From Nemertoderma westbladi (taxonomy: Eukaryota; Animalia; Xenacoelomorpha): DNA of 35,714 nt. Below, piece by piece: positions 1 through 13,389 of this stretch (positions within the stretch are counted from its first letter, which is position 1; each line of letters starts with the position of its first letter). The stretch covers positions 1 through 35,714 of the forward strand of contig JAUCBJ010006465.1 of assembly GCA_032718475.1 (NCBI GenBank), in the 5' to 3' direction. The notes beneath the pieces are model-generated. The model had not been told where the DNA came from. It did no database searches and was given only the letters and a program-made list of their open reading frames with translations. The position numbers and the translations under genes are program-made.

Positions 1-829
1 TAATTCAAAAACTCGAACACTACGGTATTCGTGGGACGCCTTTGGATTGGTTCAGGAGCTACCTAACAGATCGTCAGCAAAAAGTGCTATTTAAATCGAC
101 CCTATCACATTCTAGTACAGTAACTTGTGGCGTTCCCCAAGGGTCTATTCTTGGACCGGTACTATTTCTGATTTATATTAATGATATTACTGAATGTTCA
201 TCCATTCTAAATTTTGTTCTTTTTGCCGATGACACGAATATTTTCCACTCAGGATCTGTCTTAAATATACTCATTGATCAACTTAACAGCGAATTACTTA
301 ATATATATAAATGGCTTGCAACAAATAAACTATCCCTAAATTTAGATAAAACTAAGTTTATAATAATTTCTACTAAACAATACAGCTGGGCAAACAAACA
401 CATTTTGATTAACGGAAACTTAATCGAAAAAGTAAATGAAATAAAATTTCTAAGTTTTCTAAAATTTCTAAAGTAGTGACTTAAAATGGAACAAGCATAT
501 TCAATACATACAACTAAAAATAGCTAAAAATGTGGGAATTCTTGATAAACTTAAACATTTCATCCCGTACAAAATTCGCCTGACATTATACCACACACTG
601 ATCCGCCCATATCTCACATTCGCACTTACGATATGGGGCAATGGTGCCAGTTCAAATAGTACAGCTACAAATTCATTACTTATTTTACAAAAAAGGGCAA
701 ATTCGCTACATTCACAACATTCAATACCACACAGAGGAACTCATGAAAACCCAGAACGAATTAACATTATCTAATATATATAAATATCAATGTTTTCTTT
801 TCATGTACAAATATATTAAGCTTAAATAA
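1..829 (+). pseudogene. 3' part of a CR1/L2-group (Jockey-type) LINE reverse transcriptase, disrupted
   Basis: Motifs WFRSYLTDRQQ, GVPQGSILGPVLFLIYIND, LFADDT, WLATNKLSLNLDKT, then LYHTLIRPYL and ILQKRA. Broken by a stop at 474-476 and by frameshifts. Confidence 0.9.
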
Positions 830-1352
830 AAATAGAAATAACAGACGAATTGATACATTGCTAATTATTTACAACGTGGCTTGTGTGGTAAGGTATAGGA
901 CATGATCAGATGCATTGATTTCAGATGATATGAATCTGATATTTCAAACAATAACTAAACTAAAAGTATATCGTAATGAACTATGATTTAATAAAGTCTG
1001 TCTGCAGTCTGTACTGTCTGTGCATAGAAAGTTTATTTTGGAAAATATATTTATGTGGGCCCTCATAAAGCCACGAACAATCATGTCAGTTAACCATTCC
1101 TATATTACATCAGCAACACACAGGATAGGATAAACATTTTTGCATTTGACGTTGTTTAGGTTGGTGTACAAAGTAATGTGTGGGGGGAGGGGATAGATTC
1201 GGTGGCACAATGACAAGCGTACAATGACACGCGGGATGTAGGCTAATGATAACCTTAACAGAAGGTACTACTAAATAAGGAAAATTAATAAAGTGATGCG
1301 TTTCGTGATTTAAATCGACTTCTCCAAGATGAATTTCTAACTTAATCCAAAT

Positions 1353-2159
1353 TAGCACCAAATGTCGTGCCCATCACCAAAAAGTACAAGTTTGCGATGT
1401 CGAGTGCTGTTTTTATTGATTCCATCGGATTCAGGACCCTCATAAACCCGTATATCGCAAGAAACAAGATGATACTATCTACTCATCAATTTGCTTATTT
1501 TCCAAAATTTGGTGCTGGCACAACAATTTTCACTCACCGGCGAAAAATACAAGTTTGAAAACTCTTATGAAATTTTTACTGATTCCATTGAGTTCAGAAC
1601 CCTCACAAACCCGTATAACGCAAGAAACAAGATGGCACAATCAATTGATATATTTGATGGTTTTCAAAATTTGGTGCTAGCACCACATTTTGCACCCACT
1701 TCCGAAAAATACAAGTTTGAGATGTCTAGTTCGATAATTATATATTCCATTGAATTCAGAACAGCCATAAACCTCTAAAACGTAAGAAATAAATTGTCAC
1801 AAGCAATTTTATCTATTGAATGGATTTTCAAAATTTTGTGCTATTTATTTTGAATTCCATCCAATTTCTAACTCTAAAAAACCGGTGTAAATCAAAAATA
1901 GAGATGTTACAATTCATATTCAATGAAATTTAATTTTCAAAAAACGTCTCAAAAAAAGTGCCATAAGTACGGTTAAAAAATGGTGCTCTAACTCGTAAAC
2001 TACACAATATTTTTGAAAACGGTATTCACTACTAGGAAGACAACAGATTTTTAGGAAAAGTCATAAAATTTCAGATGCCCAACTGCGTTTGTTTCAGAAT
2101 TATAATAAAGAAACCACGGGGAAGGTCATATTGACCCCACCCCTCCGGGTTTAATAGGG
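1353..2159 (+). mobile_element. piggyBac-like non-autonomous element (MITE), 5'-truncated copy with intact right end
   Basis: Highly similar to 5316-6303 and 22347-23865. Ends ...CCGGGTTTAATAGGG followed by TTAA (2160-2163). This end is the reverse complement of the family's left end CCCTATTA. Subterminal GGTCATATTGACC inverted repeat. Confidence 0.8.
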
Positions 2160-3159
2160 TTAATCCGGCACTGGGGTAGAAGCTATTGTAAGTAGATGTA
2201 TCAAAGGATATGTCATCTGCAAAGTACATGTAACCAATAATGATACCCTGGAGCTAACTGAACTGTTATTGGGTAACCGTGCTAAGCAAATGCCCTGATT
2301 GACTGATTACTAGGGCTGCTGGTAAATTACTTTATTACAGTGACTGATTCCCAATTCCAACCACCTCGACTTCTCCTATGACAAATTTGTAAAAAAAGGT
2401 TATAAAAGTTTTGTTTGAAAAAAATATTAGAATTTGTTAACCTATTTATTTAATTGCACAAGTTTACAAGTTATTAATACTAGAACACCATTTCAAACGC
2501 AAGGAAATAAAAAAAACACAAAAATATCAGTGTTTCTCGGTTCATATTATAAAATACTGATGGGTGAGTGCTGGGGCTTTATGTGACGTTCTCAGTACAT
2601 CGGTGGTTCTAATTAATAACTTATTATATAATGTGACAATGGCGACAAGTTGCCATCTCACTCACCCCATGCCTTGTAAAGGCTTAACCCAATTATTTTA
2701 TTTTACAATGACAATAATATTACTTAGTCTTGAGTTCAATTGTTGCGACTATAGAGTTAATATCAGGACCTAAATATATTTACCAAATTTACATTGAAAA
2801 AAACATTTCTCGGATGTCATGGGTCAATCCCAGCATGGGGTCCAGGGCAGTTTTCAAATCGGTACGAATGATTTTAAGGAACTAGCCACTAGGCAGGGCG
2901 TATCTCTGCCTTTACTGGTAGCCACACATGAGTACTGGAATTTCCTCTGGGGGGGGACCGCAAATGAAATCATTATTTACATTTATAAACGGTACAGTAT
3001 AACAATGTAAATATTATATTATTCTATTAAATTTTTTACATACACTTTATTTATAAGTATGTTACAGGGCATAAGTATAACAATAACACTATGGCACTCC
3101 ATGTTAATTAAAGTTCAATATAATTATTGTTCACACATATTGTTCGCAATTTGCTTTGT

Positions 3160-3534
3160 TTAGGATAAATTGAAACTAAAACCCTCGGCATCCCAGCACC
3201 ATCCTCTGAACATCAGTCCACTTCTCCACTTTACCCTCGAACCACGAAGGCAAAGGGAGGCCCCACGGCTTACCGCGAATTGGACCCTGGTACGGACCCA
3301 ACCCATCGTGGTACTGAAGGGCTTACACCACGACCGGTGCAGTCTGTCCGCTAGGATGTGGAGAAAGTGGATCGCTAGCGGTGCCAGAACTGCGTCGCAG
3401 GAAGAGACGAATGGCGAGAAGTAACCACGCCGAGCTGAGGCGGCATCCTCATAGAGGAGAGCCTTCAGCCGATTCGAGGACAGACTAGGGGAGCGGCCCA
3501 CGTAAGAACCGGTGTCAATGTTTAATAACCGCAA
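3160..3534 (-). pseudogene. C-terminal restriction-like endonuclease region of a HERO/CRE-type (R2-superfamily) non-LTR retrotransposon, 5'-truncated
   Basis: Translation IDTGSY...FSPFVSSCD...FLHILADRL...W.KPFS..MGWVRTRVQFAVSRGASLCLRGSR resembles the RLE C-terminus ending in CLRGSR that I recall for these elements. Confidence 0.75.
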
Positions 3535-4211
3535 TAGGATACAGGAAATAGGCTGTATGAAATAGGTTTGTGCGTAATCCCTGGCCTAACAGCTGAAGTA
3601 AATTTACTTTAGTTTACTCCACAATACCTGGTCATGCTCTCTCAGTTGACTGAGAGCGAAAACTCGCTGCCCACTTGGAAAGAGTGCCTCAACTTAGGTA
3701 TGGGATTCACACCCTTGTTGTGGTGGAGGATCAGGGGGGATGGGATTCCCACACCAAAACCATCCTTGAGTAAAGCTGCAGACGAGCTTAAACCATGGCA
3801 TTCCTGTGTCCGACTAAGTCAAGTACCTATTCCAGTGCTTGTCTGTGTCCTTGTGGAGTGGGAATGGGAATGCTGCAATGTGGCTCTGCAGAAGCCCAGT
3901 TTTTATGGTTGGTTACTTACATGGTGATCAATACTTTACACACATCACATCTTCAATAGATGTTTTATGGTTATAAATGAATTATTGATGAATATGGGTT
4001 ATTAATAGTGTAGATTTATTTAAGTAGTTTCAAAAACAAGTGCGATAAAGTTCAAAATGAAACCTGGTTATACTCAAACACGTGTCACCTTTTCAAGACT
4101 AATTGTGATCCGCCTATGTATCAGGTCGCGTTGAAAAGCCAACTACCAGTGTTGATTAAAATACAATGTTGTTCTGTTCAATGTGCCGGTTTTGGAGGAG
4201 TTAACACATCA

Positions 4212-4366
4212 TTACTTGTCTTCTTTCGTTTGGGAAGAGTTTTTTGCTAACAGTGTCCGAATTTCAGATGTGTCATTCCTGTAGTAAAGTTGTCCTTCTC
4301 TGTTATCAAAATCATAAACTTGTTCTTCCAATTGCTTTTCTGGGAACATCATCGCAATAAAAAATC
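4212..4366 (-). CDS. MFS transporter (OFA/oxalate:formate antiporter-like), last coding exon
   Basis: Acceptor CTTTCAG|GA gives a phase-1 join reading G-FFIAMMFPEK...KEDK*. Stop TAA at 4212-4214. Confidence 0.8.
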
Positions 4367-4519
4367 CTGAAAGATAATATTTACATATACAGGAAGCAGT
4401 AGGCATACTAAGTACGAAAGTGATACAAAGTAGAACATTGTACAGTATATCACTTAACTGAATTCGTCCTTTTGTGTACTTAGAATGACTATAATTTTAT
4501 ATACCATGATGACCCTTAC

Positions 4520-4674
4520 CTATTGTAGTTATACATCCAACAAAAATGTATAACCCAGACCACCCCAAGGACTCGGCTAATGGTGTGGATAGGGCTGTCA
4601 TCAGGAGAGAAACAACAGCTTGGTTGGTGAACAACAGCCCATAGTTAGCTGCAGCATACTTAACACCAAAATAC
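4520..4674 (-). CDS. MFS transporter exon (YFGVKYAAANYGLLFT...GWSGLYIFVG)
   Basis: Acceptor TTTACAG and donor GTAAGG. FG.K....NYG is a characteristic OFA-family motif. Confidence 0.9.
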
Positions 4675-4778
4675 CTGTAAACGGTTATCAAAGTATATAT
4701 AAATAGTGTACACCTAGGTATGATGTACTAGTTTACGAATTTGATACAATAATGTATAAGAACACAACATGAACTCAC

Positions 4779-5056
4779 TGAGTAACAGCTGATGGAAACA
4801 AAGAAAAACAACCTGAGAATGTTCCATGAATTACAACAATCCATATTAAGAACATTGCCTTGCCTCCAAATACGGTAGCTGGTAGAGTCAGTACAAATGC
4901 AGCTAGAATTCCACTAATTGTACACATAATTATCTTGTATGAAAAAACATCGGCCATATAACCCCAAAATGTGCGCCCGAAGCAATTAGCTATAGATGCG
5001 ATAGATCCAACAATTTGTAGGAAATGATCATCGTCAATAAATGTTTGTCCGAATGT
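4779..5056 (-). CDS. MFS transporter exon (TFGQTFIDDDHFL...NCFGRTFWGYMAD...FSLFPSAVT)
   Basis: Acceptor TTTCTAG and donor GTGAGT. Contains the GR.FWG..AD MFS motif; phases agree with neighbouring exons. Confidence 0.92.
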
Positions 5057-5315
5057 CTAGAAATATGAAATAAAAAATAAAAATCAATAATGTTAATTAC
5101 TATCTTATTCCAAAATTTTAAGGAATATTTGAAACCATACATATTTATGTCACACTCGCTTGGCTCAATATTCCAGCACTATGACATTTTCACCAAACAA
5201 AAACTATTAGCCTGCATGCATTTCGAAAAAAAATGTTTCAACCTTAATTGCTCATTTAAGCATAAACATGACCGCATCTTAATCTATTTCAATGTCCTGT
5301 AACAATTATGCATTA

Positions 5316-6303
5316 CCCTATTAGTACCGGGCTATAATTGCTACTTGTATTTTTCGGCGTAATTTGTCAAATTTTGGTGCTAGCACCAAATTTCGTACCC
5401 ATCACCAAAAAGTACAAGATTGCGAAGTCCAGTGCTGTTTTTATTGATTTCATCTGTTTCAGGACCCTCATAAACCCATATAACGCAAGAAACAAGATGA
5501 TACTATCTACTGATAAATTTGCTTATTTTCCAAAATTTTGGTGCTGGCACAACAAATTTCACCGACCGTCGAAAAATACAAGTTTGAAAGCTCTTATGAA
5601 ATTTTTACTGATTCCATTGAATTCAGAACCCTCACAAACCCGTATAACGCAAGAAACAAGGTGACACAATCAATTGATATATTTGATGGTTTTCAAAATT
5701 TGGTGCTAGCACCACATTTTGCACCCACTTCTGAAAAATACAAGTTTGAGATGTTTAGTTTGATAATTATATATTCCATTGAATTCAAAACAAAAAATCA
5801 TCACACAAAATCAGTTCATAAATTGTCATAAGCAATTTTATCTATTGAATGGATTTTCAACCACCTACAACACCACCAACAACCTAGCACCAAAATTTGC
5901 AAACAGCACCGAAAAATACAAGTTTGATACGCTTGATGCAACTCGTATATATTCCATCGAAACCAGAACCCCAGAAACCCCAATTGCGTAAAAAGCAAGT
6001 TTCTAACAATCAATCAATTTACAAAATTGACATATTTCAAAATTTGGTGCTGGCACCAAAATTAAATCTAAAATCGATGTAAATCTAAAATAGAGATGTT
6101 ACAATTCATATTTAATGAAATGTAATTTTCAAAAAAACGTCTCAAAAAAAGTGCCAAAAGTAGGGTTAAAAAATGGTGCTATGACTCGAAAACTACTCAA
6201 TATTTTTGAAAACGGTTTTCACTACTAGGAAGACAATAGATTTAAGGAAAAGTCATAAAATTTCAGATTCCCAACTGCGTTTGTTTCAGAATTATAATAA
6301 AAA
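5316..6303 (+). mobile_element. piggyBac-like MITE, internally deleted, right end missing
   Basis: Starts CCCTATTAGTACCGGGCTATAA, identical to 22347, then skips about 475 bp relative to that copy. Same internal ~180-bp degenerate repeats. Confidence 0.8.
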
Positions 6304-6451
6304 ACGATAGGATTTACGATAGATTTACGATAGGATAGCGCGGGATTAACCCAGTTATTGTGAGTATGGTTTATAGGATTTTAATTTTGGGCTTTTGCAT
6401 AAGCCAATAGTGATTTCCTACAACGAATGCAATATATGTTTTATATTTTAC

Positions 6452-6619
6452 CTTATATAAGCTGGTAACAAACAATACAGCGACAGTAGTTGTAGCGGAG
6501 TTAACCCATAGGTTGTAAAAAGCTCGGTGTCGTAATAGTTCATAGGGTCTAAGTTCACCTTTAGACTCTGGTTGATCAAAAGATATTGGTACCGACAAGT
6601 CTGCGACTAATTGATTTGC
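6452..6619 (-). CDS. MFS transporter exon (central loop plus LLRHRAFYNLW...TSLYK)
   Basis: Acceptor TTCGCAG and donor GTAAAA; 168 bp, phase 0/0. L....FY.LW is typical of the start of OFA TM7. Confidence 0.85.
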
Positions 6620-8142
6620 CTGCGAATATAAATCACTTGCTGATATATGATCATTCTTTAGATAAATATACTATCATACTCCTACTTCAACAGATGAATG
6701 CATACTGTATGTTAGACATCATTTTCATCAAAAACTTTTAAAAATAACAGTATACAATTCACTGTATACTCCACTCCGAGTCCACCAAACATCTAAAACG
6801 GTCTAAGTACGATCTTGCAACCTGCAGCAACCCACTAAATTTATTGCGCCGAATTTGTAATCGGATGATTATACGGTTCATTTCCATCGCCAATTTTCAC
6901 ATTTGATGGCTTCCAAATTAATTTTCTCTTGTTTGCTTGTCTTTTTGATGGACAGATCGAGAAGCACACACAGACACAATACCACCGAATTTTAAAACCC
7001 CTGATATCGGAAATGATATCTCCGGAATAGGAAAACCCCTGTAGGATATTCTTTAGGCAGATAATGTCATTTTCACTTTTTTGACGGACAGACAGACAGC
7101 CATATCTCGAGAAGAAAAAGAGATCTTGCTACCGATGTAGATAAATTTGAGGGATTTAAATGTTATTAAAAGCATGGCACATTAAATTCAATAGAAGTTA
7201 ACAATAAAAGCAATTAAACTTAAAATAAGATATTAAGATTTATGTTCTAGGTGTCTAGATCCCATCCAGTTAAACTGGGATAACTTTATTGGAAGTAACA
7301 ACAGGAACAGTGTGAATGGCATCAGGGACTCACTATTTCATTGAAGACCACATGAAGATGAAACGCAAGTCCACTGTAAAGTTTCTACTATGTAGAATCT
7401 TTACTACATATATGCCCGTCGAGATACCTTCACATTGGCGTTGTGGCATTAATATCATCCATGAGTAATAGAACATCTACGAGTACTGTAGTAACATTAT
7501 GAAAACTTGTAGGAAAGGCGCGCGTGTAGGTCCTCATATATAGTTAGACAGTCGTGTACTACTGAAGGAATTCCCAAATGAATGATTAACCCGCACTCCA
7601 ATATGGAATCCTTAAATACAGGGTGACAGGGACGCAGGCCAGGTACATAGGTGGATATGCACCGACTTTAAGTTTAAACGTTGGACATCAATTAGTGTTT
7701 ATCTACTGAATCACTGATCCTCAAAATGGAGAATACAAACCTTGGTTGGGTCTTTGGATTGGAATGGGGCCCAGGCGATGTCACAGTGACAAACATTGTC
7801 GATTTACAAGGAAGATTCTATATAAACTAAAGCCATCGGCTCGATTACAGATTCTGGGGCATTCCAGGGGATATTTTGCGAAACTATACGACAACGGAAT
7901 TCCAGTTGCCGATGAAGGTTCCGACGAGTACCGTATTCCGACCATAGCCAACAATGCAACAGTTTCCAACCAATGTTATGTAAAATATGCAGCAACAATT
8001 CTACCATTGCAGCATTGTTAGGTTTAACAAAACAATTCAAAATTAAAGTGAATAAGCAAAAACCGAGTGCTTTCGCCTGTCTGCCTGTAGTAAGCTTTAA
8101 TAACTAAAGCTTGACAAGTAAAAAGACGATCCACTAAATTAA

Positions 8143-8790
8143 CCCTTTAACGCCGGCATACAGGCTTTTCCCGTTGATGACATGCGCGGCAGACGGGCAC
8201 CGCCCGTCACTCTTCTATGCTTTGCTATAGTAATTTGTTATGGCGCCGGTTTTCAACGCAGTCCATTCCCATATAGCCGGCAGACATGCAGGCCGTATCT
8301 AAGTATATAATTAGCCTATGAATCAGCTCCAACTGATTTAGCATCTGAGTTTATAGTGTTTACATTGGGTATAATATAACAAAGAATAGTTACATTGTTC
8401 CCAATTCACTGCTTTCCTCAACACAGTTAACAGTAATGTTGCAAAGATTTGTAAAGCTTAATAAATTAATTTAAATCAACCCACCATGCTGAAATATTTG
8501 TCACATGCATAACATACACATTACTATATTATAATATATTATATTTATATTTCCATTTCTTATAATAATAACGGTAAAACAAGGCCAAACTGGTGATAGA
8601 AGTTAAATATCTGTTTTTATTATACCTTTAGTAGTAGGCTAACATTAGTACAAAGACATTTTGAAAAAACTTTTGAAAAAACTTTTTTTAGGTTTTAAAT
8701 TTCCAGGGTTTTGACAAATTTTCAAAAAAAAATTACTATAGTCGGTTTTCAATGCAGAAAGTTTTTATTAAGTTTATTTTATATATTTAT
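8143..8790 (+). mobile_element. Possible left part of a second piggyBac-like family
   Basis: TTAA (8139-8142) followed by CCCTTTAACGCCGGCA. No matching right end found, and the end coordinate is a guess. Confidence 0.3.
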
Positions 8791-8843
8791 TATATTTTAT
8801 AGTGTTGACTTAAAATATTATAACAGAACTACACAGTACTGAC

Positions 8844-8967
8844 CTTTTCAGTTTCAGAAGTATCAAACAACAAGATCACCCCAATAAGTTGCATTGCAAT
8901 GTAGGTGGCGCCCAATACCAGGAATATACTGGGGACATTGTCCAGCACAGCAGGTTGACTAAAATAT
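8844..8967 (-). CDS. MFS transporter exon (YFSQPAVLDNVPSIFLVLGATYIAMQLIGVILL), not in the ORF track
   Basis: Acceptor CTCACTAG and donor GTCAGT. Phase-2 join AA|A gives K-YFSQ; encodes a hydrophobic helix. Confidence 0.88.
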
Positions 8968-9226
8968 CTAGTGAGGAATTAATATTATGAAAAATTATAA
9001 ATATTTTCAGGAAAAACATTTGAACTAATATCTATTGCAGTAATTACTACTATTAGCTATTATCCATTATTATAGACTAGGGGCCAATTAGTCTAGGGGA
9101 GCCTTTGTGAGGCGGTATAATTATATTAAGTTCAAATATAATTTGTACTGCTTCGCAAAGAGCATCCAGATTACGTGAAATGCAGTCATGCAAAACCTAA
9201 AGGGTATCCCTGACAAGTATTCCTTC

Positions 9227-9529
9227 AGGAGCCCTTAAATTTACTAGAATCACGATTTCCTGATTGGTTTTAAACCGGGTACCTAGCAACGCCATTAGCT
9301 GGTTTCAAAATGCCTAATTAATTGCCGGTAGCGGGGGCCTTTAAAAATACTGGAGTCACTATAGTGTTTATAGTTGTTATAAGGGCTCCTGAAATAGTTA
9401 CTCTAGTATTTTTGAGGGCCCCTGCTAAGTACATGCAATATGGCATTTTGAAAATAGCTGGTGGCGTTGCTAGGTACTCGGTTTAAAACCAATCAGGAAA
9501 TAGTGATTCTAGAAATTTTAAGGGCTCCT
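9227..9529. mobile_element. Mutator(MULE)-like foldback MITE, 303 bp
   Basis: About 90-bp terminal inverted repeats (AGGAGCCCTTAAA...TTTAAGGGCTCCT), a second inner inverted pair, and an exact 9-bp TSD TATTCCTTC (9218-9226 and 9530-9538). Confidence 0.88.
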
Positions 9530-10990
9530 TATTCCTTCCAGCAGCAAGGTCAAATAATTTCCTTTTTTTCCATGAAATACAGTAACTAGGTAAATTATAA
9601 ATTACTAGCAACACAGGCGCGCTTATGCGCGCATACGGGTGCCAACTAACTATAGAATAATATGTTCACAGTAAATTATAAAAAAGGCCATTTTTCTAGC
9701 GCTGAAAATACCTAGAAAATTCCAAGCAAGAGTTTGTGTTGTATTCTGAGGGAAGGAGCTATTAGCTGGGTAAAATGTTTTTAGCGTAAGGTCAGAGAGT
9801 GATCCCACTCTATAACATGGCAATTCCTGAAATCCATTCAGCTGAATGGAACGATAGAGTAAACTAAAGTAAATTCACTTAACAATGTTCTAAAGGAGAG
9901 TCTGACAGAGAGTAATCTTAGCCGCTAAATGTCAATCAACTATAAAACATTTTGAATGCGACAGTGTGTAACCTGATACAGATAATAAGCAGTGAATTTT
10001 ATATTTCAAACAAAAATGTTATGGAGAATCATTATGAGGCTGAGTAAACATTCAGACTTATAAGCATACAGTATTAATGTTGGCCCAAAGATTTCTAAAC
10101 AAAACAATTATTATTATACGAGACTACAGTTCAATCAACAGTAGCCAACAACATATTGTGTAACTAACAGTTATTCAGCTTGCACACCACCTAACATAGC
10201 AGATTGAGTAACCTTATAAATCTTTCTATAATATGCATTGGGAAGAGTTATTCTGGTGAGACTGTAATAGCCAGCTAAACCAGTTAATGTTTGCTTCAAG
10301 TTCATTACACGTATATTGATTCTGGGTTACAACTAATAAGCAATCATTGAAAAATTCTCGCTAATTTTATTGATATTAATGAAAAGCAATCAAGTTCATT
10401 ACTCATATAGTCTTCTTGACCTTTATTAATAGCGCACACCGACGACTAATAATTGGGTGAAGTATGTTCTAGAGCAATGGATATTGAGCTCAATAGATCT
10501 CAAGATCTCACATATTCTTAATTATCTCGAGTATTAATTAATTAATTAAGGCGTAACTTTCCTATTACATGGCCGATACACATATAAACCAGCATACAAA
10601 GTCTTGTAGCAAACTACCATACCGGAGGCTTAGGTTTAGTCGGAGATACGGCTACGACAAAAATATATACATACATACATACAACATACATACAACATTG
10701 ACAATTGTAGATAGAAAATAGATATAAGATAGAAAGAAGATATGGTTGGCATGAATGATTAATATAAGATTTCACTAGGGATCCAAATTGGCCAACAAAT
10801 GTTATTAATAGGATAATTTTCAATCCATTCCAGGAGAGTTTGAAATTGGTGAAATAATAAATATCTCTTGGAACAAATATGCATATTTTTTGGAATAAAA
10901 AATAAATAAAATTGTATGTAGTGGATACCTACATACCAACCAAATAAATCCAACACTGATGGTTTTAGATCTACAAAACAGGTCACTTAC

Positions 10991-11266
10991 TTAGTCTTTG
11001 GGTATAGTGAGTCTGGTATATCTGGGGATAAATTTTGAGGGTTGATGTAAACAGTTTGTACAAAGTTGAATCCAAAAGCCCCGAGACCAAATCCTCCAAC
11101 AACAATGCCACTGGCAAGTCCTTTGAAATTTGGAATCCACTTCATAGCTATAACTAAAGGCGTAGCATACGCGAATCCTGCTCCCAAACCAAATACAACT
11201 CCATAGGTGAACACAGTTAAGTAAAATGAAACCTTTATCGTAAGAGTAGTAGTCAATACGCCAAGG
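10991..11266 (-). CDS. MFS transporter exon (SLGVLTT...TYGVVFGLGAGFAY...KWIPNFKGLASGIVVGGFGLG...INP)
   Basis: Acceptor TTTTCAG and donor GTAAGT. Strong OFA-family motifs; joins in frame to exon 30697-30886 (ATG AG|C CTT). Confidence 0.93.
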   Translation of the reverse strand, partial: PWRIDYYSYDKGFILLNCVHLWSCIWFGSRIRVCYAFSYSYEVDSKFQRTCQWHCCWRIWSRGFWIQLCTNCLHQPSKFIPRYTRLTIPKD

Positions 11267-11889
11267 CTGAAAATATAATATTAGCAATATAAAGATAGAT
11301 GGGTTGAATGGAGGGAAGGGAGTGTGGGGTGGGGTGGGGAGGGGGGTGGGGGTGGGTGATTGTGGTCAAACTAAATTTGTCTGGGCATCCACACCACAGG
11401 GTGGTGAGCAAATGTGGTCTCTAATTTTGTAAAATATTATAGAAAAATGCTGACTTATTTTTATTGTGTGTGCAAAGTGGTACAAAAATTAAAAAACCAA
11501 ACCATAAGCATAAGCATAAGCAATTAAGCATAAGCATACTTAGGGTATCCCGATACTGGTATGACAGGCGCGTCCCTCCACCCGCATATTGCAACCGGGG
11601 GGAAAAATCCGCTGCCAAATTTTGGCCCACCAGGACCAAATCTGCTAGCAGATACGGTCCCTTCGCTCTTATTTTGTCCCCTTGAATCTAATCTAAACTA
11701 CCCTACCGACAAAAATAACTATAGAGGATTGACGATATCGTATTGATAATCGGACTTCCTTCAATAATTGGTGGAAAATGTAATAACTATAAAGAGAGCC
11801 TATCATCGGCATATAATGCTGGCTGATTCAGTACGTTAAACTATCAGTCACGATGGGATTTCTCGTAGGCTGATTTATATAAAAGGAAG

Positions 11890-12120
11890 GCGGACTTTTC
11901 TAAAAAAAAAACAATATAGTTACTAATCGAGGGATAGGAACAGGTTACAGAGGCAGGCTTTTCTAACCAAAACAATAAACGATATTGATACCAATGAGGG
12001 AAAGGAACAGGTTACAGAGGGAGGCTTTTCTAACCAAAACAATAAACGTTATTGTTACCAATGAGGGGAAAGGAACAGGTTACAGAGGAAGACTTTTTTA
12101 ACCAAAACAATAAACGATAT
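11890..12120. repeat. ~64-bp minisatellite, about 3.5 copies
   Basis: Recurring GGAACAGGTTACAGAGG...TTTTCTAACCAAAACAATAAACG. Confidence 0.85.
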
Positions 12121-12162
12121 ATTTCCTGTAGTACTGTATTGGTATTGTATAGTCTGATAGAG

Positions 12163-13311
12163 TGTTCGTGCTTTCAGACCTTTTAGCAGTTTAACCTGCC
12201 AATTTTAATTGTCCTTTTGATTATGAATTGACTTTAGCCCTTACCAATTACCTGGTGTACAGAAGTTACATCTGCCAAAGCCAGTCCGTGCGCGGCGTAT
12301 GACCCACGGTGTGGGAGACTGGATTCGGGCTCCTTAGGAAGTATTGCGGTGTAAGCTACTTTGTATTATTCGATTGATCGCTACTATATAATCTCTGACA
12401 ACCATATTTACTTTCGGGGAAAAATTAACAGTTCCTTTAGGACGTGGCGCTTTAAGTATAAAAACAGAGTTATGACTTATACCAATCACAACTAGATGGC
12501 CGCAGAGTTTCGTAAATAGCGCATTCTTTAGGAGATGCTTTATTAACTTTCACACTACTTCACACGACTTCACACGACTTCACACGACTTTACACTACTT
12601 CACACTAATTTGCCGACCATCACTGAATTTGATCATATATAAGGAGGATTGCAACTGACACACGTAGGGATTATGAAATAGCATTTAATTCACACGAAAC
12701 CACTATAATTTAAGTCGCAGTTGCTACCGGTAGACTCTTTCTCCGCTTACCTCAGTAATCAATAAGATTGAGGGGGTTTATGATTATTTATCGGTATTCT
12801 CCAAATATAACATCCATTAATATAAACAATTAATACAATATAAAACAGCATTAAAACAGTGCGGTGGACAGTCAGTATGTGTTCAGTCATATGAGTTGAT
12901 GTGTGTCCAGAGAGTCCGGATAGAGTGGTCCAGGGAGTCCGGATAGTGTTACAATGTTAATAGATTTACGTTCCTATAACTAAAGCCATCAGGTGTTTTT
13001 TGGGCCAAAGTCTGAAACGACCGTACTTAGTACAGAATTCTGAGATGAATCTAATTCTCAGAAAAATAATAACAATAATGCATTGCGCTAGTTCTCAGGT
13101 AGGTCTCCGTTGGTATAACAGAGAAGATTGCTCTGATTGGCTGAATAAGCCAGGACAAAGTGATCTCCACGTACCCAAAGAATCAGCTGACAGATTTCGT
13201 CATCTTGGTTCTAATTTCTTTCCGACGCGTAGTTGAACAATTTTAGGGCTATTTTAGAGTATTCCGCGCATTGCGTGAAAAAGACTTGTTATGTCCGCAA
13301 AAGCTTTTACT
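12163..13311 (-). repeat. 3' LTR
   Basis: Highly similar to 28135-29259 (scattered transitions, many at CpG, plus small indels). Preceded on the minus strand by a short purine tract GGGAGCGGA (PPT-like, ~13311-13319). Confidence 0.95.
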
Positions 13312-13389
13312 CCGCTCCCAGAAAATGGGATTCAAGTCTATAAAATATAAAAATCACAGTTTCTAAAATACAAAACTACTCTAAACTAT

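Noticed and set aside
1367-1778. Recurrent short ORFs (also at 5338-6082 and 22844-23312) as a transposase
   Set aside because: They are translations of the MITE's internal ~180-bp repeats, with no DDD/DDE motifs and frames that differ between copies.
3634-3927. 97-aa ORF as a separate gene
   Set aside because: No recognisable motif or convincing splice context.
6790-7110. Helentron-like non-autonomous fragment (GACAGACAG tract)
   Set aside because: Only a general resemblance; no termini or second copy in the window.
7746-8040. Possible Harbinger/PIF transposase remnant (IVDLQGRF, GSITDSGAF, ADEG)
   Set aside because: The motifs are short and in different frames, with no termini. Cannot be supported without a profile search.
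13000-13236. 78-aa ORF duplicated at 28948-29184
   Set aside because: It lies in the LTRs, is antisense to the element and starts at TTG. Its conservation simply reflects LTR identity.
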